The notes: generated by a model not told the origin, from the letters alone. Counted from the first letter of the stretch, positions 12,108-21,218 are shown. The stretch: 64,000 nucleotides of DNA from Candidatus Brennerbacteria bacterium (GCA_016183535.1 JACPEK010000003.1:327-64326); one strand, 5' to 3'. Numbers and translations are program-made.

Positions 12108-12395
12108 TTATGGCGCAAACGGATTCGCTTTCCCGGTGCGAGGCGCGGAGAGTGTTCCCGAAAAATCGCGGAGTCCCTGAAAGGACGGTGCATCCACCAC
12201 TTCGCGCGGATCAAACCGCACTTCGGAAATCACGCGGAGCCGCTCCAAATCCGCCGGCACCACCACGTCGATAAGCTCGGGCTGTTTGAAAAAGAGGTAG
12301 TAGGCGCCCGCGAACACCGCGATGAGTCCGATGCTCACCGAGAGCACGGTAATCCAGTTCGCTCCTTTCTTTTCTTCTTCGACGACGATCGCCAT
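12108..12395 (-). CDS. Small single-TM hypothetical protein in the PilP position
   Basis: 95-aa ORF with one N-terminal TM helix; positioned and translationally coupled between pilO and pilB. Confidence 0.4.
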   Translation of the reverse strand: MAIVVEEEKKGANWITVLSVSIGLIAVFAGAYYLFFKQPELIDVVVPADLERLRVISEVRFDPREVVDAPSFQGLRDFSGTLSAPRTGKANPFAP

Positions 12396-12397
12396 AA

Positions 12398-12964
12398 TTA
12401 TTCTTGATAGTACATCTCGACCTCAAGTTCGACCGCATCGCCCGATCCACCCGTGCCGCCTGGCACATAATGGAATGCTTTCACATTCGCTACGCGGACG
12501 CTCGTTTCGATGAGTTTCACAAACTGTTTCAGATTTTCATAGGAACCCTCCGCTTTAGCTTTCACCTCAAGCACGCGAAGCCGTTTTATCACCGAACCCG
12601 TTTCTTTTTTTGTCGCCGCGACGCTCGGCGTCGCGAAATCCAAACTCGTGATGATCGCTCCGGCGGCGCGCGCCACCGCTTCGATCTGTCGAAGCGCTTG
12701 AATCGCCGAAACGCCGTTCGGAATGGCGCGGCCCACCGTTTCCTCGAGCCGCGACGAGTTTTTGAATTCGGCGATAAGATTTTTTACCTGTGACACCGCT
12801 TGTTCCTGGTCGGCAAAGAGCGCGTCCTTTGACGCGAGGAGCGCGCGCGTATCCCCCACCACCGCCGCCTCGCCGCGAATAAGTCCCGCATACACACCAA
12901 GCGTCCCCGCGAGAAATGCGAGACCGGCAAGGATGGAGAGAATTCGTTTGGTGGAAATGCGCAT
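12398..12964 (-). CDS. pilO: Type IV pilus inner-membrane component PilO-like
   Basis: 188 aa; N-terminal TM, coiled coil and PilO-like C-terminal domain; position after pilN. Confidence 0.6.
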   Translation of the reverse strand: MRISTKRILSILAGLAFLAGTLGVYAGLIRGEAAVVGDTRALLASKDALFADQEQAVSQVKNLIAEFKNSSRLEETVGRAIPNGVSAIQALRQIEAVARAAGAIITSLDFATPSVAATKKETGSVIKRLRVLEVKAKAEGSYENLKQFVKLIETSVRVANVKAFHYVPGGTGGSGDAVELEVEMYYQE

Positions 12965-13099
12965 CTTTCTTAAAACTCTAATATCTAAACTCCAAACAAG
13001 TTCGAAACCCCAAGTTCAAATGTTTCAAGCGGTTTGGAATTTCGAATTTTAGTCATTGGAGTTTGTTTTGGATTTAGTGGTTAGGATTTGGAATTTTAC

Positions 13100-13690
13100 T
13101 TATAAGAGCGGGCGTGAGAAAAACGCATCCTTGAAAAACACGGTCACGCTGAACGACACGCCTCCTTCCACGCTCACGTCGCGCAGGAGCACCTCTTCCA
13201 CCTCCGGCGCGCTTTCGAACGCCGTAAATTGCTGTCCCGCGGCGTCGATTGATGGCGCGGCACCTTTCACGGTGAGCGCACGATCTTCCACCTGGAGTTC
13301 AGCCTCGGTGTAGCGGATTTCCGGAACCGTATAACGCTCAAGGAATACAAGCGTATTCCCGCCATAGGGATGCCGATCAAGCACGCCTTTCAAATTCACG
13401 ATCTGGGAATAGAAACTCACAAAGCGTTCCTGGTCGTCGGGTGAAATTTCTCCGGTAAGCGAGGCGAGCCGATCATCGACACTCGCAATGCGCCCTTCAA
13501 GGTACGCGGCATATCCGAATTTCAAACCGAAATAGACGAGAATGGAAAGCCCGAAGAGGGCTCCCGAGAACACGAGCAGGCGCCAGGGCCACCCTACCGG
13601 AAGATGCTCGGAAACAAACTGGTCGGCGCCCACGCTTGCCGGCGCGGAACCCATGCCGCCATTACCGTTCATGGAATTTAAATTTATCAT
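13100..13690 (-). CDS. pilN: Type IV pilus inner-membrane component PilN-like
   Basis: 196 aa; short cytoplasmic N-terminus, one TM and a periplasmic domain; 4-nt overlap with pilM. Confidence 0.6.
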   Translation of the reverse strand: MINLNSMNGNGGMGSAPASVGADQFVSEHLPVGWPWRLLVFSGALFGLSILVYFGLKFGYAAYLEGRIASVDDRLASLTGEISPDDQERFVSFYSQIVNLKGVLDRHPYGGNTLVFLERYTVPEIRYTEAELQVEDRALTVKGAAPSIDAAGQQFTAFESAPEVEEVLLRDVSVEGGVSFSVTVFFKDAFFSRPLL

Positions 13691-14817
13691 GTTGAAGAAT
13701 CGGGGTACGCCTTGAACGCGAGGCCGAGCGCGAGCGCCAGTTCGTGATTTAGTGTCCGCATCGCTGGCTCAAGCACCGGATCGTACCGCACTGCCGCAAA
13801 TGGTCGCGCCGGTTCATGTGGAATGCCGAACGCCTCGGCAAAATACCGCTCAATACCGAGAAGGTTAGCGCCCCCGCCGGTGAGCGTAAAACGCTCAAGG
13901 GAAACACCGAACGTTTTCTCATAGAGCGTTCTTACCCGCTGGCACTCTCGTATTATAACATCCAAAAAGGGAAGTAGTGAGGTGGACAACTCGTACTCTC
14001 CTTCGCGTACGAGAAGGCCGCGGCGGCGCTTCAACTCCTCCGCACGCGCTTCCGAGATGCCGAGCGCGTGGGCGAGGGCGCGCGTGAGCATGACTGCGCC
14101 GTAGTCCGCCTGGCCCAGCGCCTTCACGCGCCCGCCGTCCGTGATGGTCATACTCGCGGACTCGGCGCCGATATCCACAATCATCGTGCGGCGCGAAACT
14201 GCCCCGGAACGGCCGAGAGGCGCCGCGAGGGCGCGGGCGAGGGCAGTATGCTCGGCCTCAACCGACGAGAGAGATAACCCGACAGCGCGGAACAGTTCGC
14301 GGTAGGTCCGCACCAGTTCGTGAGGCACTGCCGTGAGGAGAATTCGTTGGAATTTTTTTCCCTCCGCGTTTTCATATTCGCCGACCCTTTCCCACTCAAG
14401 CGCCGTTTCTTCAACCGGCATGGGGATGAACGCTTTCGCTTGAAACGCGATGGATTGTTCCGTTTCTTCCTTGGTCATGAGCGGCATTTCAATAGGTACC
14501 GCAAATGACGCAAACGACGGCGCCGAGACGAACACGTGCTTCGCCGCCGGCTTCGTTTCGCGAAGCAATGCGCGGAGAAGCGGCAGGGCGTCGGATACCG
14601 AGAGTTTGAGGGAGCTTGATTGGATGAGCGCGTTCGGACGCCTGAAATACTCTCTCGTCGAGAGCATTCCATAATTCTGAAGAGTGATTGTGTCTCCCTT
14701 CCGCGCAAGCTCCACTAATTTTATCGAGACGGTCCCGATATCCACACCAAGCACGCGCCCGAAAGAGAAAAAATTCTTGATGTCGGTGAAAAAATCTTTG
14801 ATAAAGCGGAAATCCAT
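13687..14817 (-). CDS. pilM: Type IV pilus assembly ATPase-like protein PilM (actin fold)
   Basis: 376 aa; LGVDIGTVSIKLVEL phosphate-1 motif of the actin/HSP70 fold; first gene of the cluster. Confidence 0.85.
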   Translation of the reverse strand: MDFRFIKDFFTDIKNFFSFGRVLGVDIGTVSIKLVELARKGDTITLQNYGMLSTREYFRRPNALIQSSSLKLSVSDALPLLRALLRETKPAAKHVFVSAPSFASFAVPIEMPLMTKEETEQSIAFQAKAFIPMPVEETALEWERVGEYENAEGKKFQRILLTAVPHELVRTYRELFRAVGLSLSSVEAEHTALARALAAPLGRSGAVSRRTMIVDIGAESASMTITDGGRVKALGQADYGAVMLTRALAHALGISEARAEELKRRRGLLVREGEYELSTSLLPFLDVIIRECQRVRTLYEKTFGVSLERFTLTGGGANLLGIERYFAEAFGIPHEPARPFAAVRYDPVLEPAMRTLNHELALALGLAFKAYPDSST

Positions 14818-14843
14818 ATCTGTATTCTACTATATATAGTATC

Positions 14844-15587
14844 GTGGCGTCCCACCCCTTTATCCGCGCACTCCTCGACATCCTTTTCCCTCCGCTCTGC
14901 GTCGCCTGCGGCACACATCTCGCGGACGAGCGCGAAACGGTCTGCGCAAATTGTCTCGCGCGCATCCCCCGTTTCGGATGGCGCCTTTGCCCTGTCTGCG
15001 ATGCTCGTATCCCGGACGGGCAGATGGAAACCGTCGGAGAAACACCCGCATGTCACCCCGACGCGCGCTACACGCTTATCGCGGTCACTTCTTACGCCAC
15101 GCCCGAAACGCAAGCACTCGTGAAAGCATTGAAGTACGAGGGGATGCGCCGGGTCGCGCTCACACTCGCGCTCCTCACTGTCGTCGCGACGCGGGATACG
15201 CTCGGGCGGGCACCCATCGCCGGAGCACCATGGCGGATAGTGCCGGTTCCGCTCCACGCGAAACGCGAGCGTGAGCGCGGATTCAACCAAAGCGCACTCT
15301 TCGCGGAGGCACTCCAGCACCACGAGCCGTTCCGCAATGCTACCGTCATCCATGCGCTCCGGAGAACTCGACACACCGAAACGCAAACGGAAAAACCGGA
15401 TTACCATGCGCGTCGCGCCAATGTCGCGGGGTGCTTCGAAATTGCCGATACCGGTGCGATTCGCGGGAGTAACATTCTATTGATAGACGACGTCACAACC
15501 TCCGGCGCCACGCTTGAGGAAGCCGCACGCGTGTTAAAATCCGCCGGCGCGAAAAACATTATTGCCCTTGTCTTCGCGAGAGCCTAA
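14844..15587 (+). CDS. comFC: ComF family competence protein (ComFC) phosphoribosyltransferase
   Basis: N-terminal double zinc finger (CVACG...CANC...CPVCD) plus PRTase motif ILLIDDVTTSGATL; divergent from pilM. Confidence 0.85.
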   Translation: MASHPFIRALLDILFPPLCVACGTHLADERETVCANCLARIPRFGWRLCPVCDARIPDGQMETVGETPACHPDARYTLIAVTSYATPETQALVKALKYEGMRRVALTLALLTVVATRDTLGRAPIAGAPWRIVPVPLHAKRERERGFNQSALFAEALQHHEPFRNATVIHALRRTRHTETQTEKPDYHARRANVAGCFEIADTGAIRGSNILLIDDVTTSGATLEEAARVLKSAGAKNIIALVFARA

Positions 15588-15616
15588 GAAAACATTCGCG
15601 TCCGCATGCGTTGTTT

Positions 15617-15645
15617 TTGATGAACGAAGAAAAACGGTGTATTAT
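15617..15645 (+). promoter_or_regulatory. Sigma70-like promoter (TTGATG-17-TATTAT) upstream of the HExxH gene
   Basis: -35 at 15617-15622, 17-nt spacer, -10 at 15640-15645; AGAGGAGG RBS before the ATG at 15687. Confidence 0.5.
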
Positions 15646-15686
15646 TTTTTTGGAAAATTAAAAATAAGAAAATAGAGGAGGTTTTC

Positions 15687-16613
15687 ATGCTTAATAACGA
15701 TGGAGCGCCGCGGAAAGGCGTGATCCTCGAAGAGGCACAAAGCTTAAGGCGCAGAAAAGATCAAATTCGTTCCGATATCCGCGATCTCAAACTAAAACAC
15801 AAAAGTCTCAAAGAGCGGCACCAACCAGAAATCAACCAGCTCTCTGCGGAAGCCGATCGACTCGCGATACAATTCCGCGAGCGATATGAGGAAGCGAGCA
15901 ATGCATACGCCAATGATGAAAAAGCGCGCGCAAAAAGCCTTTCTATGGAAGGGCGCGCGGCACAAGACGCGTGCGAAGCGTTGAACCGCAAAGCAAAGCG
16001 GATGCGCGAGGAACTCGGCGGTATCTTGCGCGACATACAGGAAAAACGACGCGAGTCGGATTCGATACGGGAAAAACTCAACTCGTATGCGGCGATCCTC
16101 ATATCATGCAAACGGCCGCGACTCGAAGGATTCTCAAAAGAAAAGAACCTTGACCTTGCATTGGAAAAATTCCTCGACCGACTGCCGCAAACGGTTCTTC
16201 GAGAAATCGAGGAGGTGAGATTTATCTCCGAAATGCCGATTAGTAAAGAAGGTAATAGGAAACTAGGCGACGCCAATTGGAATCCAAAAACGAAGAAAGC
16301 TCATGTCCGGGTGTATCATCACGCGCCCGAACAAAACCATATCTTGGAAGAAACAATCGCGCACGAGATTGCCCATGAGATTTTCTTCAAATACATCACG
16401 TCTGAAGAAAAACGCGAATGGGAAAAGCTCTATCTTGCTACCGGCGATTGGTTTACTTCCAAAAGGGCTATACGAAGTCATGAGGAAGATTTTTGCGAAT
16501 GTTTCGCAAAATTTTTTCTTGACGCTTCCTTCCTTGAAAAAGGTGATTTTCGGAAGTATGCTTTCATTAAATTGATCACTAAACGACTAGAGGACCAATA
16601 TGAAAAAACTTAA
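15687..16613 (+). CDS. Hypothetical protein: long charged coiled-coil N-terminus plus C-terminal HExxH (HEIAHE) putative zinc-metallopeptidase-like domain
   Basis: 308 aa; TIAHEIAHEIFF motif; not recognisable as a known family; GC lower than neighbours. Confidence 0.5.
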   Translation: MLNNDGAPRKGVILEEAQSLRRRKDQIRSDIRDLKLKHKSLKERHQPEINQLSAEADRLAIQFRERYEEASNAYANDEKARAKSLSMEGRAAQDACEALNRKAKRMREELGGILRDIQEKRRESDSIREKLNSYAAILISCKRPRLEGFSKEKNLDLALEKFLDRLPQTVLREIEEVRFISEMPISKEGNRKLGDANWNPKTKKAHVRVYHHAPEQNHILEETIAHEIAHEIFFKYITSEEKREWEKLYLATGDWFTSKRAIRSHEEDFCECFAKFFLDASFLEKGDFRKYAFIKLITKRLEDQYEKT

Positions 16614-16920
16614 GCTTCTCGGAATTAAAAAGGGACTGTTTGATATCCGCATTAAGAAAACGGTAGCAATCATCTATGTGGAAAATGGACGCGTGGTGAT
16701 TGAGTCGAAGCTGTCTTCCCTCCTCGCGCTTCGGGATAGAATTCAAAAGATCGGAGACGAGGACGGATTCGTACTTTGGCATACGCGCGAATATGGGGAA
16801 CGGCCGCGCAAAATAAATGATCCCGACTTCCTCGAAGCTCTGGCAAGCGGCGACTTTCTTTACCGAGAATTCGACGGTTGGAGTATAGGCGCAACGAGAG
16901 ACCAAATCACGGAAGAATAA
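16600..16920 (+). CDS. Small hypothetical protein, translationally coupled partner of the HExxH protein
   Basis: 106 aa; ATG overlaps the upstream gene by 14 nt; followed by a strong terminator. Confidence 0.45.
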   Translation: MKKLKLLGIKKGLFDIRIKKTVAIIYVENGRVVIESKLSSLLALRDRIQKIGDEDGFVLWHTREYGERPRKINDPDFLEALASGDFLYREFDGWSIGATRDQITEE

Positions 16921-16924
16921 CACT

Positions 16925-16959
16925 CGGGACAACGAAAATGTTGTCCCGTTTTTATTTTT
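16925..16959. terminator. Rho-independent terminator (cgggacaac-gaaaat-gttgtcccg plus T-run); serves convergent genes
   Basis: Perfect 9-bp stem and 6-nt loop followed by TTTTTATTTTT. Confidence 0.8.
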
Positions 16960-16992
16960 GAGGCAACGATCCTCCTACGCGACGGTATAAAT

Positions 16993-19728
16993 TTACCTCG
17001 GCGTCTCTTCGAAGAACTGGCGCGAGGTGCCGACGTCGCGGCACTGATTGTTGTTCACGCACTGCGCCTCGGACGCGCGCCCGTTTTGAGCGGGTATCTT
17101 GTAGTTTTCTTTCTGCCCGCAAAAGCTGTTCTTGAGGCAGACGTTCACCTTCGCGGCTCCCTCCCGCACGGCACCCGCGGGGAGTGTTTTCCCCGCTCCT
17201 TCTTCGGCGGCATAGGGAGTACAATCGTTCGCGCTGTAGCACGCCCGCACGCGGTAGAGGTATGCCGTATCCGGCTCAAGTCCGATATCTTCCAATACGG
17301 AATTGTTGAGTTCAGAGCCTCCGCGCTGGAACTGTTTGAAATAAACCTCGAGTTTTTCTTTCTCGAGCGTCACGCCGTCCACCGGCGGATATTCGATGGC
17401 GGCGAACGCGGCGTTGAGCCACGTTTTTACGCGGCCCCACGCGCGCTCCGCAAATCCAAGAGTCGCGGCGGCGAATTCGCGCGCGCCGCCCACCGCCGTT
17501 TCGATTGTCTCACGCAGGTTCGCCGTAAATTTCCCGGCGGGTTCAAGTAACGTTCCCGTCTGCGTGAAGTACACGCGATACTCGAGCCACCCGCCTTGCT
17601 CGCCAACAAAGCCGGTGCCGGTTGTCGTGAGTCCCTCGGACGGCCGCCCCTGCGAACCCGACGAGTTGTCCCATTCTATTTTTTGAAACGCGGTGCCGGG
17701 GGACGGCGTACCGCCGACATAGGAAAATGTGAATCGCTGATCCGACCCTGTCGGATAGTCGGCGAGTTTAGTGAAAGGCACCGCCGTAACACCCGAAACG
17801 ACCGTAGTCCGTCCGGAATCAAGGAGCGAGAAATCAATGTTGCCGGAAGTTTCGACTCCGTTTACAAACGCCTTCACGCGCAGGGTTTCGTTCACAACCG
17901 AGGTCGGCGTGAAGAGCGCGCTCACGTCCGCGTTCGCGGTAAGCGTCCAGGCGCAAGTCGCGCTCGTCGAATTGTTGCACGGCCCGCTCGTCCACCGCGT
18001 GAAAGCGTATCCCGCGGCGGGTGTTGCGGTGAGCGTAACGGGAGTGGCGTATTCGAAGGAGCACGTCCGGCCGCTCGAACAATCTCCGCTTATTGTGCCG
18101 CCCGTGGGCGAAGCCACCGCCACTTCCGGATCCGTGGTCGCGTTCCCCGTTGCGGCGGCTTTCGAGGTGGTGCGTCCCCACGGTCCGTCGCGAAAACTCC
18201 GAACTGAAACCGCATACTCGGTACCCGCCTGAAGACCGGTGACGCTGAACGTAGAAACGAACGAGTACCCTTGGGTATTCGACGCCGCGCCATTCTTCGG
18301 CGCCTCGCAGGCGCCCGTGGCGCAGTTCCCCGCGCCCGGCGCGGGCGCGACCGTCACCGCGAAACCGTCTTCGCGCCGCGAGTAATCCCTCCACTGAATC
18401 GAGAGTTTATTGTTGTCCACCGTCACAAATCGCATATCGGACGGCGCGGCGGGCAGGGTCGAGGTACCAACATAGCCGATGTCGCCATATTTCCCGCACG
18501 CCTCGGCGGGTATGTCGTTCTGCCCCGCGGTCGGCGCTGCGCGCGTGTAGTCCGCCCTAATGAGCGAGCATCCGCGCGCGCGGTAATAGTAATCGGTGCC
18601 TTCGCGGAGGCCGTCATCAATTTTTTCGTACGAGGTTTTCGTCTTCGCCCAATCCGCGTCGTCCGCAAACGCGAAGGGACGCAGAGTAAACGACGGGTCG
18701 CACAGCGTGGTATTCACATATTTGCATTCCTGGCTGTTGTCCTTGCGATCGGCGAAGGGGTTGCTCGAGGTGCTCCGCTCGAACGCGTGGTAGTAGGGAC
18801 CCTTCAGTTGCTTTCGCGCCCCGTTCGCGTCCGCGTTCGTGAAGTTTTTCCATGAGAGTTTGATCTCGGTGTCACTCACGGTAACGACACCCGCCACATC
18901 GGTGGAGGGGAAGACGGGTTTCTCCGGCGTGAGCTTGATGCGCTGGAGCTCGAAAGTGTGGGGCTTCACCGCGTTATCCTTCCAGTTCACAAGGAGCGAG
19001 GAGGGCGAGAGCGCCCATGCGTAGAGCTTCGACGGCGTGTCGGGAGAAGTGGCGAGCGTTTTACAAGATACGTTGGGTGTACTCGTTGAAACATTCCCCA
19101 CCGTCCACGCAAGGAAATAGATATGCTCCTCGCCTTTTTCAAAATCGCCGCCGTCTTCGTACGAGCCACTGCCGGTCGGGAGAGGCGGCGGGGGCGCGAT
19201 CTTTTTATTGTCGCGGAAAAGTGTGAGCGTGTGCGGTTTCGTCACGTTCCCGTTCCAGTTGACGGTGAGTTTTGACTCGGTCGAAATACCGCACTTGAGA
19301 TAGTATTCCTCCGCAACGGCCGGCCCACCCTTCTCCGTTTTCACGATCACGATATTCGAATCCTCGGACATAATAGATACGTCGAGATTGCCCGTCTGTG
19401 TCTCCCCCGCCTTCGCAGTCTGGAGCTGGTACTTGTAAACGCCACTCTCGAACGGCTGGCCGCCGTTCGTGTCGAGGAATGATTTGTCGCCGGCAGTGCG
19501 GTCAAGATTTGGATTTAGAACCCTAGGCTCCGTTCCTGGTCCGCTGACTTTCCTTAACGTCTGCTGGCTATAGCCCTCGACATTCTGCCACTTCAGTTCG
19601 ATAACATTCTGATCCGGCTTGTAGCCACCGCTGAAATCTTTGGGCCAATTCGTCGCCGCGAACCCGCTCGCGGGAAAGATAAGGGAGAGAATCGCAAGGG
19701 CAGAGAACAAGGAGCTGACGCGTTTCAT
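16993..19728 (-). CDS. Large secreted surface protein with FN3-like repeats and a divergent InlB B-repeat module
   Basis: 911 aa; signal peptide MKRVSSLFSALAILSLIFPASGFA; repeated LSWKN/LSIQWRD FN3 signatures; segment ATPVTLTATPAAGYAFTRWTSGPC...CAWTLTANADVSALF matches the InlB-B-repeat pattern. Confidence 0.75.
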   Translation of the reverse strand: MKRVSSLFSALAILSLIFPASGFAATNWPKDFSGGYKPDQNVIELKWQNVEGYSQQTLRKVSGPGTEPRVLNPNLDRTAGDKSFLDTNGGQPFESGVYKYQLQTAKAGETQTGNLDVSIMSEDSNIVIVKTEKGGPAVAEEYYLKCGISTESKLTVNWNGNVTKPHTLTLFRDNKKIAPPPPLPTGSGSYEDGGDFEKGEEHIYFLAWTVGNVSTSTPNVSCKTLATSPDTPSKLYAWALSPSSLLVNWKDNAVKPHTFELQRIKLTPEKPVFPSTDVAGVVTVSDTEIKLSWKNFTNADANGARKQLKGPYYHAFERSTSSNPFADRKDNSQECKYVNTTLCDPSFTLRPFAFADDADWAKTKTSYEKIDDGLREGTDYYYRARGCSLIRADYTRAAPTAGQNDIPAEACGKYGDIGYVGTSTLPAAPSDMRFVTVDNNKLSIQWRDYSRREDGFAVTVAPAPGAGNCATGACEAPKNGAASNTQGYSFVSTFSVTGLQAGTEYAVSVRSFRDGPWGRTTSKAAATGNATTDPEVAVASPTGGTISGDCSSGRTCSFEYATPVTLTATPAAGYAFTRWTSGPCNNSTSATCAWTLTANADVSALFTPTSVVNETLRVKAFVNGVETSGNIDFSLLDSGRTTVVSGVTAVPFTKLADYPTGSDQRFTFSYVGGTPSPGTAFQKIEWDNSSGSQGRPSEGLTTTGTGFVGEQGGWLEYRVYFTQTGTLLEPAGKFTANLRETIETAVGGAREFAAATLGFAERAWGRVKTWLNAAFAAIEYPPVDGVTLEKEKLEVYFKQFQRGGSELNNSVLEDIGLEPDTAYLYRVRACYSANDCTPYAAEEGAGKTLPAGAVREGAAKVNVCLKNSFCGQKENYKIPAQNGRASEAQCVNNNQCRDVGTSRQFFEETPR

Positions 19729-19795
19729 TGTTTCAATTATATCAAATTGGCTTCCTTGCTTGCTTTTTGGTACTCCGCTTATCCACCCTTTTTCA

Positions 19796-19824
19796 TTGAC
19801 TTTTTCATAGTTTTCATGTATAAT
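19796..19824 (+). promoter_or_regulatory. Consensus sigma70 promoter TTGACT-17-TATAAT for the BNR/T9SS cargo gene
   Basis: -35 at 19796-19801, exact 17-nt spacer, -10 TATAAT at 19819-19824; AAAGGAGAT RBS at 19852-19860. Confidence 0.7.
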
Positions 19825-19865
19825 TGAGGGCAGAAATAATTAATAATCATTAAAGGAGATTAGCC

Positions 19866-21164
19866 ATGAAACGGATATGGATGTATCTAGCAATGGCGTT
19901 GGTCATTGCGACTGCGTCCATTCCGAATGCGGGATGGGCGCAGGCGGTGTCGGCGGACATCACCATCAGTCGAAACCTTCTGCCGGACAGTTTAAGAAAT
20001 TATATTTATTCTCTCTGGGTAGACGGGAACGGTGATATTTTCACGACGATGCCATGGAAGGCGTTGCTCCGTTCGACGGATGACGGGGTGACGTGGAAGC
20101 AGATCTTCAAGAGAGATTTTCTCTCTAATTTCGGGTTTGCGGTCATGCGCGATCAGAAAACCAATGCACTCCTCTTTGGAAACGGGGGGGGGTTGTACCG
20201 GTCAAGCGACGATGGCGCAAGCTGGACCTTTGTATGGGAAAAGGGAGCGGGATGTTTCCTTGTGAAGCCAGACGGCTCTATTCTCGCCGGCACCGGTAAA
20301 CATATCGGCCATTCCGAAGATGGAGGCGTGTCGTGGAAAACGGTACTCTACCGCGACGACCACTATTTCAACGTGGAAGCGCTCGCGATGAGTCCAAAGA
20401 CGGGTTCTCTCTTTGCGGGCACCGCGGACACTATCGGTTTGGGCGTGCTCCGCTCAACTGATGATGGCACAACGTGGCACCAGTCGAACAGCGGTCTTGG
20501 GGATCTTCATGTGTGGGCGCTCGCCACGGACAATAACGGAACCATTTACGCGGGGGTCGAGAGAAAAGGTCTTTACCGTTCCACTGACGATGGAGTCACG
20601 TGGGAGAAAGTACCAGGATTCAACGCTTCACCGAGAAACGCCATCGCAATTCTCGTGCTGAAGCCCGATCTTATCTGCGTCGGTTTTGGCTGGAAGGGTG
20701 GCGGCGATCCCGTGGGAAAGGGTGGCGGCTTCAAATATGACGGCAAGGCGTGGACGCAATTTATTGCGGACTCCATAGATGTAACCTCGTTCGCAGTGAA
20801 GGGCAAATCGCTCCTTGTCGGCTCGTTAGACGCTATCTACCGCGTGGACGGGGCGATCGATACGCCGGTGTCCGTGGAAGAGGAACCTGATGTAATCCCC
20901 TCCTCGTTCGTTCTGCATCAGAACTTCCCCAATCCCTTCAATCCGAGTACCACGATAACCTTCTCGCTTCCCGATCGAAGCCATGTACGCCTCGCGGTGT
21001 GGAACGTGATCGGCGAGGAAGTCGCAACGTTGGTCGAGGAAGAACGGTCGGCTGGGATCCATCGGATTGTTTGGAACGCCAAGGGTCTCCCGAGCGGTAT
21101 TTATCTATACCGGATGCAAACAGAAACATCAGTACAGGCAAAGCGGATGATGCTGCTGAAATGA
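19866..21164 (+). CDS. Secreted BNR/Asp-box repeat beta-propeller protein with T9SS-type C-terminal sorting domain
   Basis: Signal peptide; about six S-x-D-x-G-x-T-W Asp-box repeats (STDDGVTW, SSDDGASW, HSEDGGVSW...); C-terminal 80 aa NFPNPFNPSTTITFSLPDRSHVRLAVWN...GLPSGIYLYRM...KRMMLLK matches Por_Secre_tail. Confidence 0.85.
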   Translation: MKRIWMYLAMALVIATASIPNAGWAQAVSADITISRNLLPDSLRNYIYSLWVDGNGDIFTTMPWKALLRSTDDGVTWKQIFKRDFLSNFGFAVMRDQKTNALLFGNGGGLYRSSDDGASWTFVWEKGAGCFLVKPDGSILAGTGKHIGHSEDGGVSWKTVLYRDDHYFNVEALAMSPKTGSLFAGTADTIGLGVLRSTDDGTTWHQSNSGLGDLHVWALATDNNGTIYAGVERKGLYRSTDDGVTWEKVPGFNASPRNAIAILVLKPDLICVGFGWKGGGDPVGKGGGFKYDGKAWTQFIADSIDVTSFAVKGKSLLVGSLDAIYRVDGAIDTPVSVEEEPDVIPSSFVLHQNFPNPFNPSTTITFSLPDRSHVRLAVWNVIGEEVATLVEEERSAGIHRIVWNAKGLPSGIYLYRMQTETSVQAKRMMLLK

Positions 21165-21182
21165 TATTCAAAGGGCTTGATA

Positions 21183-21218
21183 CATAAGTATCAAGCCCTT
21201 TTGCTTTTCTAATTCGTT
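21183..21218 (+). terminator. Rho-independent terminator, copy 1 of a repeated hairpin (gggcttgatac...gtatcaagccc plus T-run)
   Basis: 11-bp perfect stem; near-identical copies at 28738 and 31540, each right after a CTD-encoding 3' end. Confidence 0.8.

Noticed and set aside
12965-13099. tRNA-like words (GTTCGAAACCCC, AGTTCAAATG) in the pilN-pilO gap
   Set aside because: No acceptor-stem or anticodon-arm pairing could be built on either strand. It is treated as a regulatory AT-rich region instead.
14721-15407. 228-aa minus-strand ORF
   Set aside because: It is antisense to comFC, which has clear Zn-finger and PRTase motifs.
17596-18394. Arg-rich ORFs on both strands within the 911-aa surface-protein gene
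   Set aside because: They are alternative-frame artefacts of GC-rich coding sequence. The minus-strand frame with signal peptide and FN3 repeats is the real gene.
19349-19533. Diversity-generating retroelement template/variable repeat pair (with 32086-32268)
   Set aside because: The substitutions between copies are not adenine-specific, and no reverse transcriptase gene is present in the window.
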